A stretch of 60,802 nucleotides of DNA, counting the filler. It is 5 parts of 5 records of this genome, joined end to end, with 100 filler letters (N's around TTAATTAATTAA, not from the genome) between each part and the next. Parts side by side here need not be neighbours in the genome. Positions count along the whole stretch, not along the records: positions 1 to 30,956 come from SRR20825006_19; 4 more parts are not named here. One strand, written 5' to 3'. The position numbers were made by a program, and so were the translations under genes. The notes beneath the pieces are model-generated. The model saw only the letters and a list, made by a program, of their open reading frames with translations. It searched no databases and was not told the origin of the DNA. Shown here piece by piece: positions 1-9,518 of this stretch (the stretch's first letter is position 1; each line of letters opens with the position of its first letter).

Positions 1-309
1 TGGTTTCTATATTTACCGTATTCAAGCTGGGGATTTTGTAAGTACCAAGAAATTAATGTTGGTTAAATAGGAACGAGGTTTGAATTGTGAGGTTTTTGTA
101 CAAGCCTCACAGCTCTCAAACACTGCCATCTTTGACTACATCCATAGGTTATTCAGTTTTGTATCATTTTTAATTAATGCATCCTCTCTATTAGAAATCG
201 TTGGATTTTCAATTCACTAAAAGGATTAGTTAATACTACTGAAAAAGAGCATATTTTTGATTAGAATTGAATACAATCATGATCCATAGTTTGAGGCAAA
301 CTAATTAAG

Positions 310-3300
310 ATGGCACAATTAACATCACTCCTCCCAAGCAATCTAATCCATTCTGAAATACCTAGAGGGAACCAAAAAGTTGTTCATTGGATTCTTGTTC
401 TCCAATTTGTGGTATTACTATGTTTCTCGGGGCCAGTGAGTGCTCAACAGCTTGATATAAATAGAATAAATCAAATGCCCGATTTCCCATCGCCGTATAT
501 AATGCGAGATTGGGAGAAAGTGACGATAGATTATGATTCTCTCGTATTTGATGTAACTGCATCTGGTGAATATTTACCATTATTATTTTTTAGAGACAAC
601 GTGGTTAATTATCCAAACGATATCAGTTTTGGATTGCATACGGTTGTAGGAACATCATCACCAACCTCAGGAGAAGCAATAAACGTTATACCAGCATTGG
701 TTGGCGCATCTTTAGTGGGAATTGACAAGAGTAATCAAGGAGGCTACGATTGGGTGAAAATGAGCCGAGAATTTTTTAATAAGCGCCCTGAAGAAAATGT
801 ATATCTAAATCATCCTTCAACAGAAAGTGGAGATGACTGGTGGTACGCTACCATGCCAAATGTTTTCTTTTATCAGCTTTATGATTTGTATCCCGAAACT
901 GAAGACTTCGAGTATCAGTTTAAAAGTGTAGCAGACCAATGGCTAACTTCTATAGAGAAAATGGGCGGTAGAGCTACTCCATGGAATGTCCCCAATATGA
1001 ATTACCGAGGTTGGTACTTATCAACTATGAAGCCCTATTATAATGACGTTAAAGAGCCTGAAGCAGCGGGCGCACTGGCTTGGTTGTTATACAACGCTTA
1101 CAAGGAAACTGGAGAGCTCAAATATCGAATGGGCGCTGAGTGGGCAATGGAATTTCTGAATGCTTATCCCTCAAATCCATCGTATGAGCTTCAACTTCCT
1201 TATGGCGTTTATATAGCCGCAAAAATGAATGCTGAATTGGGTACAGAATATGATGTCCAAAAAATGCTTAACTGGACATTTGATGTTGGTCCACTGCGCG
1301 AATGGGGCTCCATTGTTGGAAATTGGGGCGGACTTGATGTTTCGGGTTTAATAGGCGAAGTGAATGGGAATAATGATTACGCCTTCTCAATGAACACATT
1401 TCAACAGGCAGGAGCACTATTGCCTTTATTGAGGTATGATGATCGCTTTGCGGATGCCCTCGGTAAGTGGATGCTTAACGCTGCCAATGCATCTAGACTT
1501 TTTTACACAGAATATCTGCCTGCTAATAAACAAGACAGTGACGAATGGGCTCAAATTCATGATCCAAAATCAGTGTTTGGCCACGAAGCAATGAGGGAGT
1601 CTAAATTCGGTGTATCTCCTTTTGCTACAGGTGATGCCATTGATGGCGGCTGGGGAAGTACAAATCTCACTCTTTACAGTTCATCTCACGTTGGTATTTT
1701 TGGCAGTATTATTGACACCACGAATATTGAAGGAATACTGAAATTAGATTTATTGAAAACTGATTTCTTCCGTGATGAAGCCTACCCTACTTATTTGATG
1801 TACAATCCCTACGAAAGCTCACAAACGGTAACCATCAATGTTGGCAATGTTAGCAAAGATATCTACGAGTCAACGACCAATAGTTTTATTGGAACAGGTG
1901 TGACCGGAGATGCTGAAATTACGATTCCTGCATTAAGTTCATACATCATAGTGTTAGCACCTAGTGGTGGAAGCCAAACCTACGAATACAATTCATTTTT
2001 GGTGAATGATGTAGTTGTTGATTATATGGCAGGACAAACAGTGTCTAATTATCCTCCAAGAATTAAAAGTCTGGAATCCGTTTCTACCCAAATAGAAAAA
2101 TCAGATACCACATCTATGTATGCAACAGCTGTAGATTTAGACGAAGATATTCTAGAGTATAGCTGGTCATCAGAATCGGGGACTATTATTGGTGCTGATT
2201 CAAATATTAAATGGGTTGCTCCTTCTACCCCAGGAAATTACTCTATTCAAGTTCAGGTAAGCGACGGTAAAAGTGAACCTGTAATTGAGCACTTAAGCAT
2301 TGAAGTGGTAGAAAAAATCAATGTAGCACCTGTTATAAATGATATAACAGCAAGCCCTAGGAAACTTGGTTTAGGAGCCACATCTGAAATCGCATGTTTA
2401 GCAAGTGATGATGATGGGGATACCATCACAATTACTTGGAGCAGTTCAGCTGGAAGCATTGATGGCACAAATGAAATCATACAATGGACAGCTCCAGAGA
2501 CCGAAGGAAACTATTACATCAAATGTACAGCGAGTGATCCAGACGAAGCTAGCGCTACAGATAGTATTGCCGTTGCTGTGAGAGATTTGTCCATTTCCCC
2601 CACCGGCAACTTGATATTATATCTTCCTTTTGATGGCGACGCCGTTGATAAAAGTGGAAATAATTTAGATGTAACAGTAAGTGGAGCGATTTTGACTTCA
2701 GACCATCTGGATAAGAGTCAAAAAGCCTATTACTTTGATGGTGTTAATGATTATATGAAAGTGGAAAACTCAGAATTTCTGAATTTCTCAAACGCTATCA
2801 CACTCAATTTCTGGCTCAGAATCTCCGTTTTCTATGATCGAGAGCAATATCCGATTTCACATGGTAATTGGGAAAATAGATGGAAGATTTCAGTCTCTGA
2901 TAATAAATTACGCTGGACGATTAACACTAGCACTGGTGTTACAGATCTCGATGCCGAAACGCCACTTGAGAAAAATAAGTGGTATAATATCACCGCTTAT
3001 TACTCTGGTGAAGATTTAGAATTGTATATCAATGGAAAACTGGACGCCTTCAAATACTGGAACGGAAATATCAAACCTTCTCCAGTTGACTTAACAATCG
3101 GTCAAGTTCTGCCCAACAGTAATCAATACAATTTTAATGGAAAAGTGGATGATATACGATTATATGATTACCCACTCACTCCTCAAGCAATTTCAGATAT
3201 CTATGAAATTGCTACGGGCGTAGAAGAAAATAACCAGAGCGAAATACCTGATAACACTGTTCTTTATCAAAACTATCCCAACCCATTCAATCCAAGTACT

Positions 3301-3513
3301 ACGATTCAGTATGGTTTACGGGAAACTGCCGATGTAAGCCTTAAGGTTTATAATATGCTAGGGCAAAATATTGCTACGCTAGTAGAAGGAAAACAGTCCG
3401 CAGGTTCATACTCCGTTATTTTTGATGCTTCCGGTCTTGCAAGTGGAATTTATTTCTACCAGCTTACAACCGATAACACCACTTTTAGTAAGAGGATGGT
3501 ATTAATGAAATAA
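310..3513 (+). CDS. Large secreted protein: uncharacterised N-terminal (possibly glycoside-hydrolase-like) region, Ig/PKD-like repeats, LamG domain, C-terminal T9SS/Por sorting domain
   Basis: Hydrophobic signal-like stretch near the N-terminus; repeated 'YSWSSESGTI..IKWVAP..PGNY' Ig-like units; LamG-like 'FDGVNDY...WYNITAYY...LYING'; C-terminal 'LYQNYPNPFNPSTTIQY...ASGIYFYQL...KRMVLMK'. Start codon uncertain. Confidence 0.8.
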   Translation: MAQLTSLLPSNLIHSEIPRGNQKVVHWILVLQFVVLLCFSGPVSAQQLDINRINQMPDFPSPYIMRDWEKVTIDYDSLVFDVTASGEYLPLLFFRDNVVNYPNDISFGLHTVVGTSSPTSGEAINVIPALVGASLVGIDKSNQGGYDWVKMSREFFNKRPEENVYLNHPSTESGDDWWYATMPNVFFYQLYDLYPETEDFEYQFKSVADQWLTSIEKMGGRATPWNVPNMNYRGWYLSTMKPYYNDVKEPEAAGALAWLLYNAYKETGELKYRMGAEWAMEFLNAYPSNPSYELQLPYGVYIAAKMNAELGTEYDVQKMLNWTFDVGPLREWGSIVGNWGGLDVSGLIGEVNGNNDYAFSMNTFQQAGALLPLLRYDDRFADALGKWMLNAANASRLFYTEYLPANKQDSDEWAQIHDPKSVFGHEAMRESKFGVSPFATGDAIDGGWGSTNLTLYSSSHVGIFGSIIDTTNIEGILKLDLLKTDFFRDEAYPTYLMYNPYESSQTVTINVGNVSKDIYESTTNSFIGTGVTGDAEITIPALSSYIIVLAPSGGSQTYEYNSFLVNDVVVDYMAGQTVSNYPPRIKSLESVSTQIEKSDTTSMYATAVDLDEDILEYSWSSESGTIIGADSNIKWVAPSTPGNYSIQVQVSDGKSEPVIEHLSIEVVEKINVAPVINDITASPRKLGLGATSEIACLASDDDGDTITITWSSSAGSIDGTNEIIQWTAPETEGNYYIKCTASDPDEASATDSIAVAVRDLSISPTGNLILYLPFDGDAVDKSGNNLDVTVSGAILTSDHLDKSQKAYYFDGVNDYMKVENSEFLNFSNAITLNFWLRISVFYDREQYPISHGNWENRWKISVSDNKLRWTINTSTGVTDLDAETPLEKNKWYNITAYYSGEDLELYINGKLDAFKYWNGNIKPSPVDLTIGQVLPNSNQYNFNGKVDDIRLYDYPLTPQAISDIYEIATGVEENNQSEIPDNTVLYQNYPNPFNPSTTIQYGLRETADVSLKVYNMLGQNIATLVEGKQSAGSYSVIFDASGLASGIYFYQLTTDNTTFSKRMVLMK

Positions 3514-3542
3514 ATTGAGTGTGTGGTTTAAAAACTCCAAAT

Positions 3543-3962
3543 TCAACTTCCATAAATACTCATCACAAACTTAGCTAGTGGCGTTGTAGAAAGTCCACGA
3601 GCTAGACGTTCATCGGCTGTATAAAATATAGAGTTAGTCAAAATGGCTGTAGCAATATACGTAGCGTCATATAGAGTTACAGGTAAGGTGATTGAAATAT
3701 CAAAAGCGATATCTGAAATTTGAGGATAGTTAATAAGCCGTGATGGAAGCTTTGAGGCTTGAATTTTCTTTGATGTAGCTTCTTCAAACTTCAATTCTTT
3801 TTTTCGAACTTTTTTAGTGATTATCGCATCCAATTCTATCTGAAAAAGATCGGGAGAGTAAAAGTAATCGAACTGTTCCAATAATTGTATTGCTTCATCG
3901 GTACCCTGTTCAAGAAATAGCCACTTTGCTGCCACCGAAGCATCTATCACATAAGAATTCAC
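3543..3962 (-). CDS. vapC: PIN-domain (VapC-family) toxin
   Basis: 'VIDASVAAKW', 'LYDATYIATA', 'YTADERL' PIN motifs; GTGA overlap with the upstream antitoxin. Confidence 0.88.
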   Translation of the reverse strand: MNSYVIDASVAAKWLFLEQGTDEAIQLLEQFDYFYSPDLFQIELDAIITKKVRKKELKFEEATSKKIQASKLPSRLINYPQISDIAFDISITLPVTLYDATYIATAILTNSIFYTADERLARGLSTTPLAKFVMSIYGS

Positions 3963-4195
3963 CGTTCCCTATCCTCCCGAAGATCGGTGGCGCTATCGCT
4001 AAACATTCTTCCCTCAGCCCGATATTCGACTAGAATTTCATTCACCATACTCCGAGCTTCATCAATACTTGGACCAGCAGATTCTTTTAGGATTTCTAGT
4101 AACTCGCCTTGTAGTGATCTGTTATTCCTTTCAGCTTTCGATTTTAAACGATCTAACGTTTCCTCATCAATATTTCGAATTAATACATTTGGCAT
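3959..4195 (-). CDS. FitA/Arc-like ribbon-helix-helix antitoxin
   Basis: 'MPNVLIRNIDEETLDRLKSKAERNNRSLQGELLEIL' is a typical FitA-type RHH; translationally coupled to the PIN gene. Confidence 0.85.
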   Translation of the reverse strand: MPNVLIRNIDEETLDRLKSKAERNNRSLQGELLEILKESAGPSIDEARSMVNEILVEYRAEGRMFSDSATDLREDRER

Positions 4196-4352
4196 AATCT
4201 TGCTGCTTATTACTTGATAGCATTATGATATCATATTTGCAATAAATTTTCAAGTTATGGCCTTTTTCAAGTTGAAGATGCGATTTTTAGGGCGTTCTTG
4301 TGTTTCTCAACGAGGCGTTTTTGGGAATGATGTTAGGGCTATCAATTATGTG

Positions 4353-4595
4353 CTAATCTTTCCAGAGAACTTCTGTTTTATTTTTTGGGTGAGGTTTAAT
4401 GTGAATGCTTTCAAAAGCCTCCCATGTAGGATAAATACCTAAGCTTGAAGAACCATTTTCATTATTCACATCACTTCTCCAGCAAATAACTACTTGTCCA
4501 TTGTGAAAAAGCACACCATCTAAGACCCTACCTGTCCCACTAATTCCTGATTCATCTTGTTTACGTATTAAAGAGAAAAGCTGTGGTTCTTTCAT
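4353..4595 (-). CDS. 80-aa hypothetical protein, last gene of the CBASS operon
   Basis: ATG lies 1 nt after the HNH-SAVED stop; motif 'FSLIRKQDESGISGTGRVLDGVLFHNGQVVICW' resembles a small phage-associated hypothetical family (from memory, unverified). Confidence 0.7.
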   Translation of the reverse strand: MKEPQLFSLIRKQDESGISGTGRVLDGVLFHNGQVVICWRSDVNNENGSSSLGIYPTWEAFESIHIKPHPKNKTEVLWKD

Positions 4596-4596
4596 T

Positions 4597-5745
4597 TTAG
4601 TCTATTTCTATTGCTGGTTTAAATTTAAACTCATCACATGAAGGATTATATATAATAATTTTTGGGTCAATCTTACTTTGAAAGGCTCTACCAAACTCGA
4701 TTGCAATAGGACTTGGAATTGCTGGTAATAAATGGATTTTTTTTATTGGTGGATAGTCTTCTCTAATCGTCTTTAACAACTCTCTAATCTCTTTCTTAAA
4801 AAGTTCAAGCTTTTCAAATGTAGATAGAAAATAGACACATGGATTATCAGCTTTTAATACAAATCTTGGTAATTTTTTTAGTTCCTCAGGGTACTGAGTC
4901 TCTGCTATTTTACCACTAATTGATAGTTCAATAACAATTGAGTCATTATCATCAATTGATTTAGGATAATCCAAAATATATTCAAAGCTTTCGTTATCAT
5001 CACTAACTTGCCATTTCCAACCTCCCGACCTATGTTTTTGGTAAGCATTTGCATCAATTATATCTCCTAATTGATATCCAAAATAAATCAGCAAAGGCAT
5101 TGGACCTATGGCAAAAATAGACAGGTGATTTATTTCTTCTCCATCTGGTCCTTGATCTAATCTCGATTTTAACTGTCTTTCAATTTCAATAGTATTTAGT
5201 TTCCAGAAATCTTCGTCTTCTTCTATTATCGAAGATTTTGTTAAGTCAATATCTATAGTATTAGGTGTTTTAGGCCTTCTATCTGGCAACATTGCTTCTC
5301 TTATATCATCTATATCAAAATTGACTTTAAATCTTTCAATGTTGCACTTAAGTATCAAAGGATAACTACTACGCGATGAACTTAATGACGTCATAAATTC
5401 AATTCTGTCTTCATGTTCTTTCTTAAATCTTTTTAACAGATCAACTTTATGATGGTTCTCCGGTTTGATACCAAATTCGTCAACATTGTCAATTATTCTA
5501 TGATGCGTATCACACAATAACATTAAATTCGAAAATGAATTTAAATCCTTTTTTTTTAAGTCTTTGTTATATCTCGCTCCCTTTTTACTTACAGCTTCAA
5601 TATGCGCGATGTATGATTTATTAAGTTGCCTTTGAGTAACATTATCTTTCCAAAGCACATCTCCACAATCTGGATATTCACACCTTCCACCAGATGCAAG
5701 CCATAACTTCATTTTAACTTCTGATAATATATATCGATTAAACAC
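4597..5745 (-). CDS. cap5: CBASS effector, HNH endonuclease-SAVED fusion (Cap5-like)
   Basis: N-terminal 'GGRCEYPDC...AHIEA...NLMLLCDTHHRIID' HNH; C-terminal SAVED motifs 'LSIFAIGPMPLLIYFG', 'YQKHR', 'LSISG', 'IHLLPAIPSPIAIEFGR'; operon context. Confidence 0.9.
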   Translation of the reverse strand: MFNRYILSEVKMKLWLASGGRCEYPDCGDVLWKDNVTQRQLNKSYIAHIEAVSKKGARYNKDLKKKDLNSFSNLMLLCDTHHRIIDNVDEFGIKPENHHKVDLLKRFKKEHEDRIEFMTSLSSSRSSYPLILKCNIERFKVNFDIDDIREAMLPDRRPKTPNTIDIDLTKSSIIEEDEDFWKLNTIEIERQLKSRLDQGPDGEEINHLSIFAIGPMPLLIYFGYQLGDIIDANAYQKHRSGGWKWQVSDDNESFEYILDYPKSIDDNDSIVIELSISGKIAETQYPEELKKLPRFVLKADNPCVYFLSTFEKLELFKKEIRELLKTIREDYPPIKKIHLLPAIPSPIAIEFGRAFQSKIDPKIIIYNPSCDEFKFKPAIEID

Positions 5746-6256
5746 GCCGTTTCTCTAAATTAATTATTTCTTGATTTTCTTTTCTGACTAACCAAACACT
5801 AATGGATTCAATACCAACGATAATAAAAATCAAAAAGCTATTATCATATACATCTTCTTTTGACTTTCTTCTCCATTCTTTTAAATCTAACGATGAAGGA
5901 GTTGGGTGATTTTCAGGGTGAGAATGCCATTCACCTATATAATTTATTCTACCTTCTGAATCCTTCCATTCTTGTGTAATTATATGTTGGTGGTAGCTAT
6001 CCAATTTCTTAAAAGAAAACCTTGTTCTTCTATCCTTTGATTGAGGAGAAGTAACCTTATCAATTACAATATTATTTGAGTCTAAAATAAAACGACCCAG
6101 AAGGATTCCTCCAGCTTCTTTTTTAGAAGTGCCAATTTGTCGAAACTTATCTAACACTCTTAAAGCTGCTGAAGATATCTTAAGAACACCTTTATTTGGT
6201 AGTATAAACTCTATCTTTTCATTTCTTACCACAAACTTCGCAATTTTCTCGAACAA
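5738..6256 (-). CDS. cap3: CBASS JAB/MPN deubiquitinase-like peptidase Cap3
   Basis: 'EAGGILLG' and JAMM motif 'GEWHSHPENHPTPSSLD'; lies between Cap2 and the effector. The true start may be slightly downstream. Confidence 0.9.
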   Translation of the reverse strand: MFEKIAKFVVRNEKIEFILPNKGVLKISSAALRVLDKFRQIGTSKKEAGGILLGRFILDSNNIVIDKVTSPQSKDRRTRFSFKKLDSYHQHIITQEWKDSEGRINYIGEWHSHPENHPTPSSLDLKEWRRKSKEDVYDNSFLIFIIVGIESISVWLVRKENQEIINLEKRRV

Positions 6257-7958
6257 ACTGCTTTCCTCCTAGTTTTAACTCTTCATCGCTTAGATGATAT
6301 CTTCTCGATACTTCATACCCATTTTTATGAATCTGATCAGATTTACCTTTCCAAGATAAAATCATAGGTTCAAGATTCTCGTTATTTAAATACTCAACAG
6401 CTTGATCTATTACCAAACTTGCAGTTTTTTTTGCAGAATTCACTCCGTAAGGTGAGAATGAAGTACCACATCCCTCTAAATCCTTTTCAAAATTCTGACC
6501 AGGTTTCAAGAATGAAGTCTGATTTATTAATTCATGCTTTCCTTCAATTTCTTCAAAATCATATATGCAATTATAACAACCTCGCATACTGTAATCCAAC
6601 TTTAACAAATGTCCACCAATGTCATATGTTTCAAGCCAAGTATAGAAAACTGATTTAAGATTTAAATTCTTAAATAGTTCATTTAAATGAAGCTCAGTTC
6701 CTGGATGTCCAATAGCTACAATAATTAAATCAAATACTCTAAGATCTATCGATTCTGTTTTTATCAAATCGATTATATCACCCTTCTCTTCTGAAATATT
6801 CAGATAAGGGTATTCTCTTTCTAAGTAATTCTTTACAGCTTTAGATTTTGAATCACCTATACTACTTATTCCTAAGAGGTGCCTATATACATTACCAATC
6901 TCGAAATTTTCCTTATCTACAACAGTAAAGTTTCTCATCCCACAGTCAGCTAAACCTGAAGCTATAAAACCACCAATTGATCCTAATCCGACTAACAGAA
7001 TATTTTTATCTTTTAAACTATTACTTGAGCCACCCCTTTCTGTTATAAAGTCATAATCATGACGATTTATTTTTATTGGGGTAATATCAAAAACTTCTGA
7101 TTCATCCAAAATTGGGTATTGTTTTCTTGAGTTACGAAACTCAATTCCTATTATTATCTTTGAATTATCATCTCTCGGAAATGATAAAAGCAATAATTCT
7201 TTCTCCTTAACTTTCCTCTTTAATAATTTCTTCTTAACGATTTCATATCTATCCGAAGAAATATTATTCCTGATTATTTCCCTAATTGTTTTTATTTGCC
7301 ATCCGTTCTTAGGATCTGGTGTGTCAAAATTATTTGTATCTAGATGTAAATAAAGAGCTTTGGATAAAGTTAAATCTTTTGCTAAATCATTAGTATTCAG
7401 ATAAGATTTTACTTGTCCCATAGTGTCACAAACTATTTTAAGACCCCTTTCCTTATTCTGAAGAACTTCTATTTCTTTAAACTCTCCACCTATATCTATA
7501 AACGACTTTAATGCTGTTGCCTTAGGCAACTTGTTCCAGTAAAATTCAAATTCTAATACTCTCTCTTTTCTCATTTCTGCTTCAGAAAGTGATAAGATCT
7601 TATCCTTAAGTATATCAAGAGAATCATTTACTATCCTTTCTGGACTTCTATAATCAATAGTTAACCCTTCATTATTGTAATAGCAAACCCAACCATTTGT
7701 CATTACATGAGGAATAATCCCGAATTTTTTTTTACTAAGGAATATATGTGGTAATGAATATGGGAATTTCTCATTTAGACCAATAAAGACTTCTTCTTTG
7801 GACCCATTGAAACTTAATAAAAAACTTGCTCCTGCTATTATTCCATATGCCTCTGAATTACTCCACTTCTCCTCAATCTTTAAATCCGATATGTCAAATC
7901 TATTAATTAATTTATTTAATACTTCAACTAAATCCGCCTTTGAATTGACACTTTGCAT
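6219..7958 (-). CDS. cap2: CBASS E2-E1 (ThiF) fusion Cap2
   Basis: E2-like 'FPYSLP...PHVMTNGWVCY'; ThiF 'LVGLGSIGG...VDKE...NVYRH'; 'CYNC', candidate catalytic 'EGCG', terminal 'CEVC'; TAATG overlap with the CD-NTase. Confidence 0.9.
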   Translation of the reverse strand: MQSVNSKADLVEVLNKLINRFDISDLKIEEKWSNSEAYGIIAGASFLLSFNGSKEEVFIGLNEKFPYSLPHIFLSKKKFGIIPHVMTNGWVCYYNNEGLTIDYRSPERIVNDSLDILKDKILSLSEAEMRKERVLEFEFYWNKLPKATALKSFIDIGGEFKEIEVLQNKERGLKIVCDTMGQVKSYLNTNDLAKDLTLSKALYLHLDTNNFDTPDPKNGWQIKTIREIIRNNISSDRYEIVKKKLLKRKVKEKELLLLSFPRDDNSKIIIGIEFRNSRKQYPILDESEVFDITPIKINRHDYDFITERGGSSNSLKDKNILLVGLGSIGGFIASGLADCGMRNFTVVDKENFEIGNVYRHLLGISSIGDSKSKAVKNYLEREYPYLNISEEKGDIIDLIKTESIDLRVFDLIIVAIGHPGTELHLNELFKNLNLKSVFYTWLETYDIGGHLLKLDYSMRGCYNCIYDFEEIEGKHELINQTSFLKPGQNFEKDLEGCGTSFSPYGVNSAKKTASLVIDQAVEYLNNENLEPMILSWKGKSDQIHKNGYEVSRRYHLSDEELKLGGKQFVRENCEVCGKK

Positions 7959-9010
7959 TAAGCTTGAGAAGTGTTTGTTGAAATTGCTGCAAACTTAGCT
8001 TTAGCAGTATCTTCCTTTTCTGGTATTGGAAAATCATCTCCAAATTGTTTAGCTAAGATTTTAGCAGCCTCATGAGGATCTTTTTCATTAGACGCTTGCA
8101 TGAGAACTTCTTCTAAAGTTTCAAGCTTTGTTTTGAATTCCATCATTTGCTTATCTGACATCTTATAAAAGATATCTTTATTTGGTTTCACAGGAACTAC
8201 AACATTCAACCGGTCATAATATTCATCTTCTTCACTATTGTAATATTGAGTGAACTTATTGATAACCGATCCTACAAAATTTTTGAGAGCGGATAAATCA
8301 TTGGGTTTACCATTTAAAAAACTTATTTCAGGAGTAAACCAATTATATGCTGCAACAGATATTCCTATCCCTGCAGGTGCAGCATTGCCATCTTTTGAAA
8401 ATTTGAAATCTTTCCACCGTTTTAGGTATCTAATTATACGTCTATACTGTTTATCCTCTTCACCAGAAAATCGACCTTTCAGTTTGTCTGCCAGTTCAAT
8501 GGGTGCAGCATCTTCCCAGAATTTATTTTCGGTTGATGCATGCTCTTTTCCTCTCGCAAGATAATAAGTGTCAGGAAAAATGAGACCTTCAGAATAAGCG
8601 TATATGGCAAGGTCAACATGATATATTGGCTCATCATTTGACTGATATTGCACTGTAACACAAGGTTCTTTAATCCTAACTTCTTTTGTATGTCCATCTA
8701 AGACTTCGAAAACCCATTTCTTTACTTCGATAGGATCAAAATCATCTTTATCAATTTCAAATTTCAAACCAACATCTATATCATAATCTCCATTAAGAGG
8801 TTTGATTCCTGTTCCAATATCATAACTTCCTTGATTAAACCAGCTCCAAGAAATATCTAAGTCAAGATCTTCAAATTTCTTTTTTAGCCCATCTTCAAGT
8901 TTATCAGTTATTATTTGTCTTTTTTCTAGAAGAGTCTTGTTTTCCTGAAACCTTTTGAGCTTTATCGTTTCATGGAATTTTTCGAATTGCTTTTGAATAA
9001 AATCTGACAT
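7958..9010 (-). CDS. cGAS/DncV-like nucleotidyltransferase (CD-NTase), type II CBASS
   Basis: 'QGSY..GTGIKP..GDYDIDVG' (GS + DxD), third acidic residue in 'YHVDLAIY', 'IRYLKRWKD'; flexible tail ending in Ala, as expected for a Cap2 substrate; followed by cap2-cap3-effector. Confidence 0.92.
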   Translation of the reverse strand: MSDFIQKQFEKFHETIKLKRFQENKTLLEKRQIITDKLEDGLKKKFEDLDLDISWSWFNQGSYDIGTGIKPLNGDYDIDVGLKFEIDKDDFDPIEVKKWVFEVLDGHTKEVRIKEPCVTVQYQSNDEPIYHVDLAIYAYSEGLIFPDTYYLARGKEHASTENKFWEDAAPIELADKLKGRFSGEEDKQYRRIIRYLKRWKDFKFSKDGNAAPAGIGISVAAYNWFTPEISFLNGKPNDLSALKNFVGSVINKFTQYYNSEEDEYYDRLNVVVPVKPNKDIFYKMSDKQMMEFKTKLETLEEVLMQASNEKDPHEAAKILAKQFGDDFPIPEKEDTAKAKFAAISTNTSQA

Positions 9011-9062
9011 GTTTACTCCTAAGTTGATTGTAGTATTACCTTATGAATTACAATAATCAAGC

Positions 9063-9094
9063 CATTCTAATATTTTCCATAAAATATTAGAATG
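9063..9094. promoter_or_regulatory. Perfect 14-bp inverted repeat upstream of the CBASS operon (candidate operator)
   Basis: CATTCTAATATTTT-CCAT-AAAATATTAGAATG, 53-84 nt upstream of the CD-NTase ATG. Confidence 0.5.
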
Positions 9095-9224
9095 TATGAC
9101 ATATGTACAGAAGTAATGATCAAGCCTGACATTCATTTTTCATTACTGATCCAACTTAATCAAACCATCGGGGTAACAGCTGATCGCTCTTAAATCCCTT
9201 ACAAAAACTAGAATTTCATATACA

Positions 9225-9260
9225 TAAAAAAGCCCTCAGTAAACCAATTCCCAGGGCTTT
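9225..9260 (-). terminator. Probable intrinsic terminator after the PID-CTERM gene
   Basis: AAAGCCCT...AGGGCTTT stem (long loop) with an A-run on + strand (U-tail on - strand). Confidence 0.5.
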
Positions 9261-9294
9261 AACTTACCTCATGACATATGAGAATTGGATGATG

Positions 9295-9507
9295 TCATTC
9301 TTTGATGTCCTCACCCTTTTTTGCTTTTAGTTTCTTCCAAGCATACGCTCCACCAGCGGCAGCAAGCAATCCAAGCCCACCATCAATGGGGGCTGGGTCT
9401 GGAGATTCAGGAAAACCTGGCAAACCCGGTGGTCCTTGTGCAATCACAATGGTTGAAATGATTAATAGAAATGTGACAGTAAGTAAAGTGGTAAGGAGTA
9501 GTTTCAT
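9295..9507 (-). CDS. Small exported protein with PID-CTERM sorting signal
   Basis: Signal peptide, Pro-rich linker, 'PIDGGLGLLAAAGGAYAWKKLK' (PID + TM helix + basic tail). Confidence 0.8.
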   Translation of the reverse strand: MKLLLTTLLTVTFLLIISTIVIAQGPPGLPGFPESPDPAPIDGGLGLLAAAGGAYAWKKLKAKKGEDIKE

Positions 9508-9518
9508 TTCAGAAGGAT

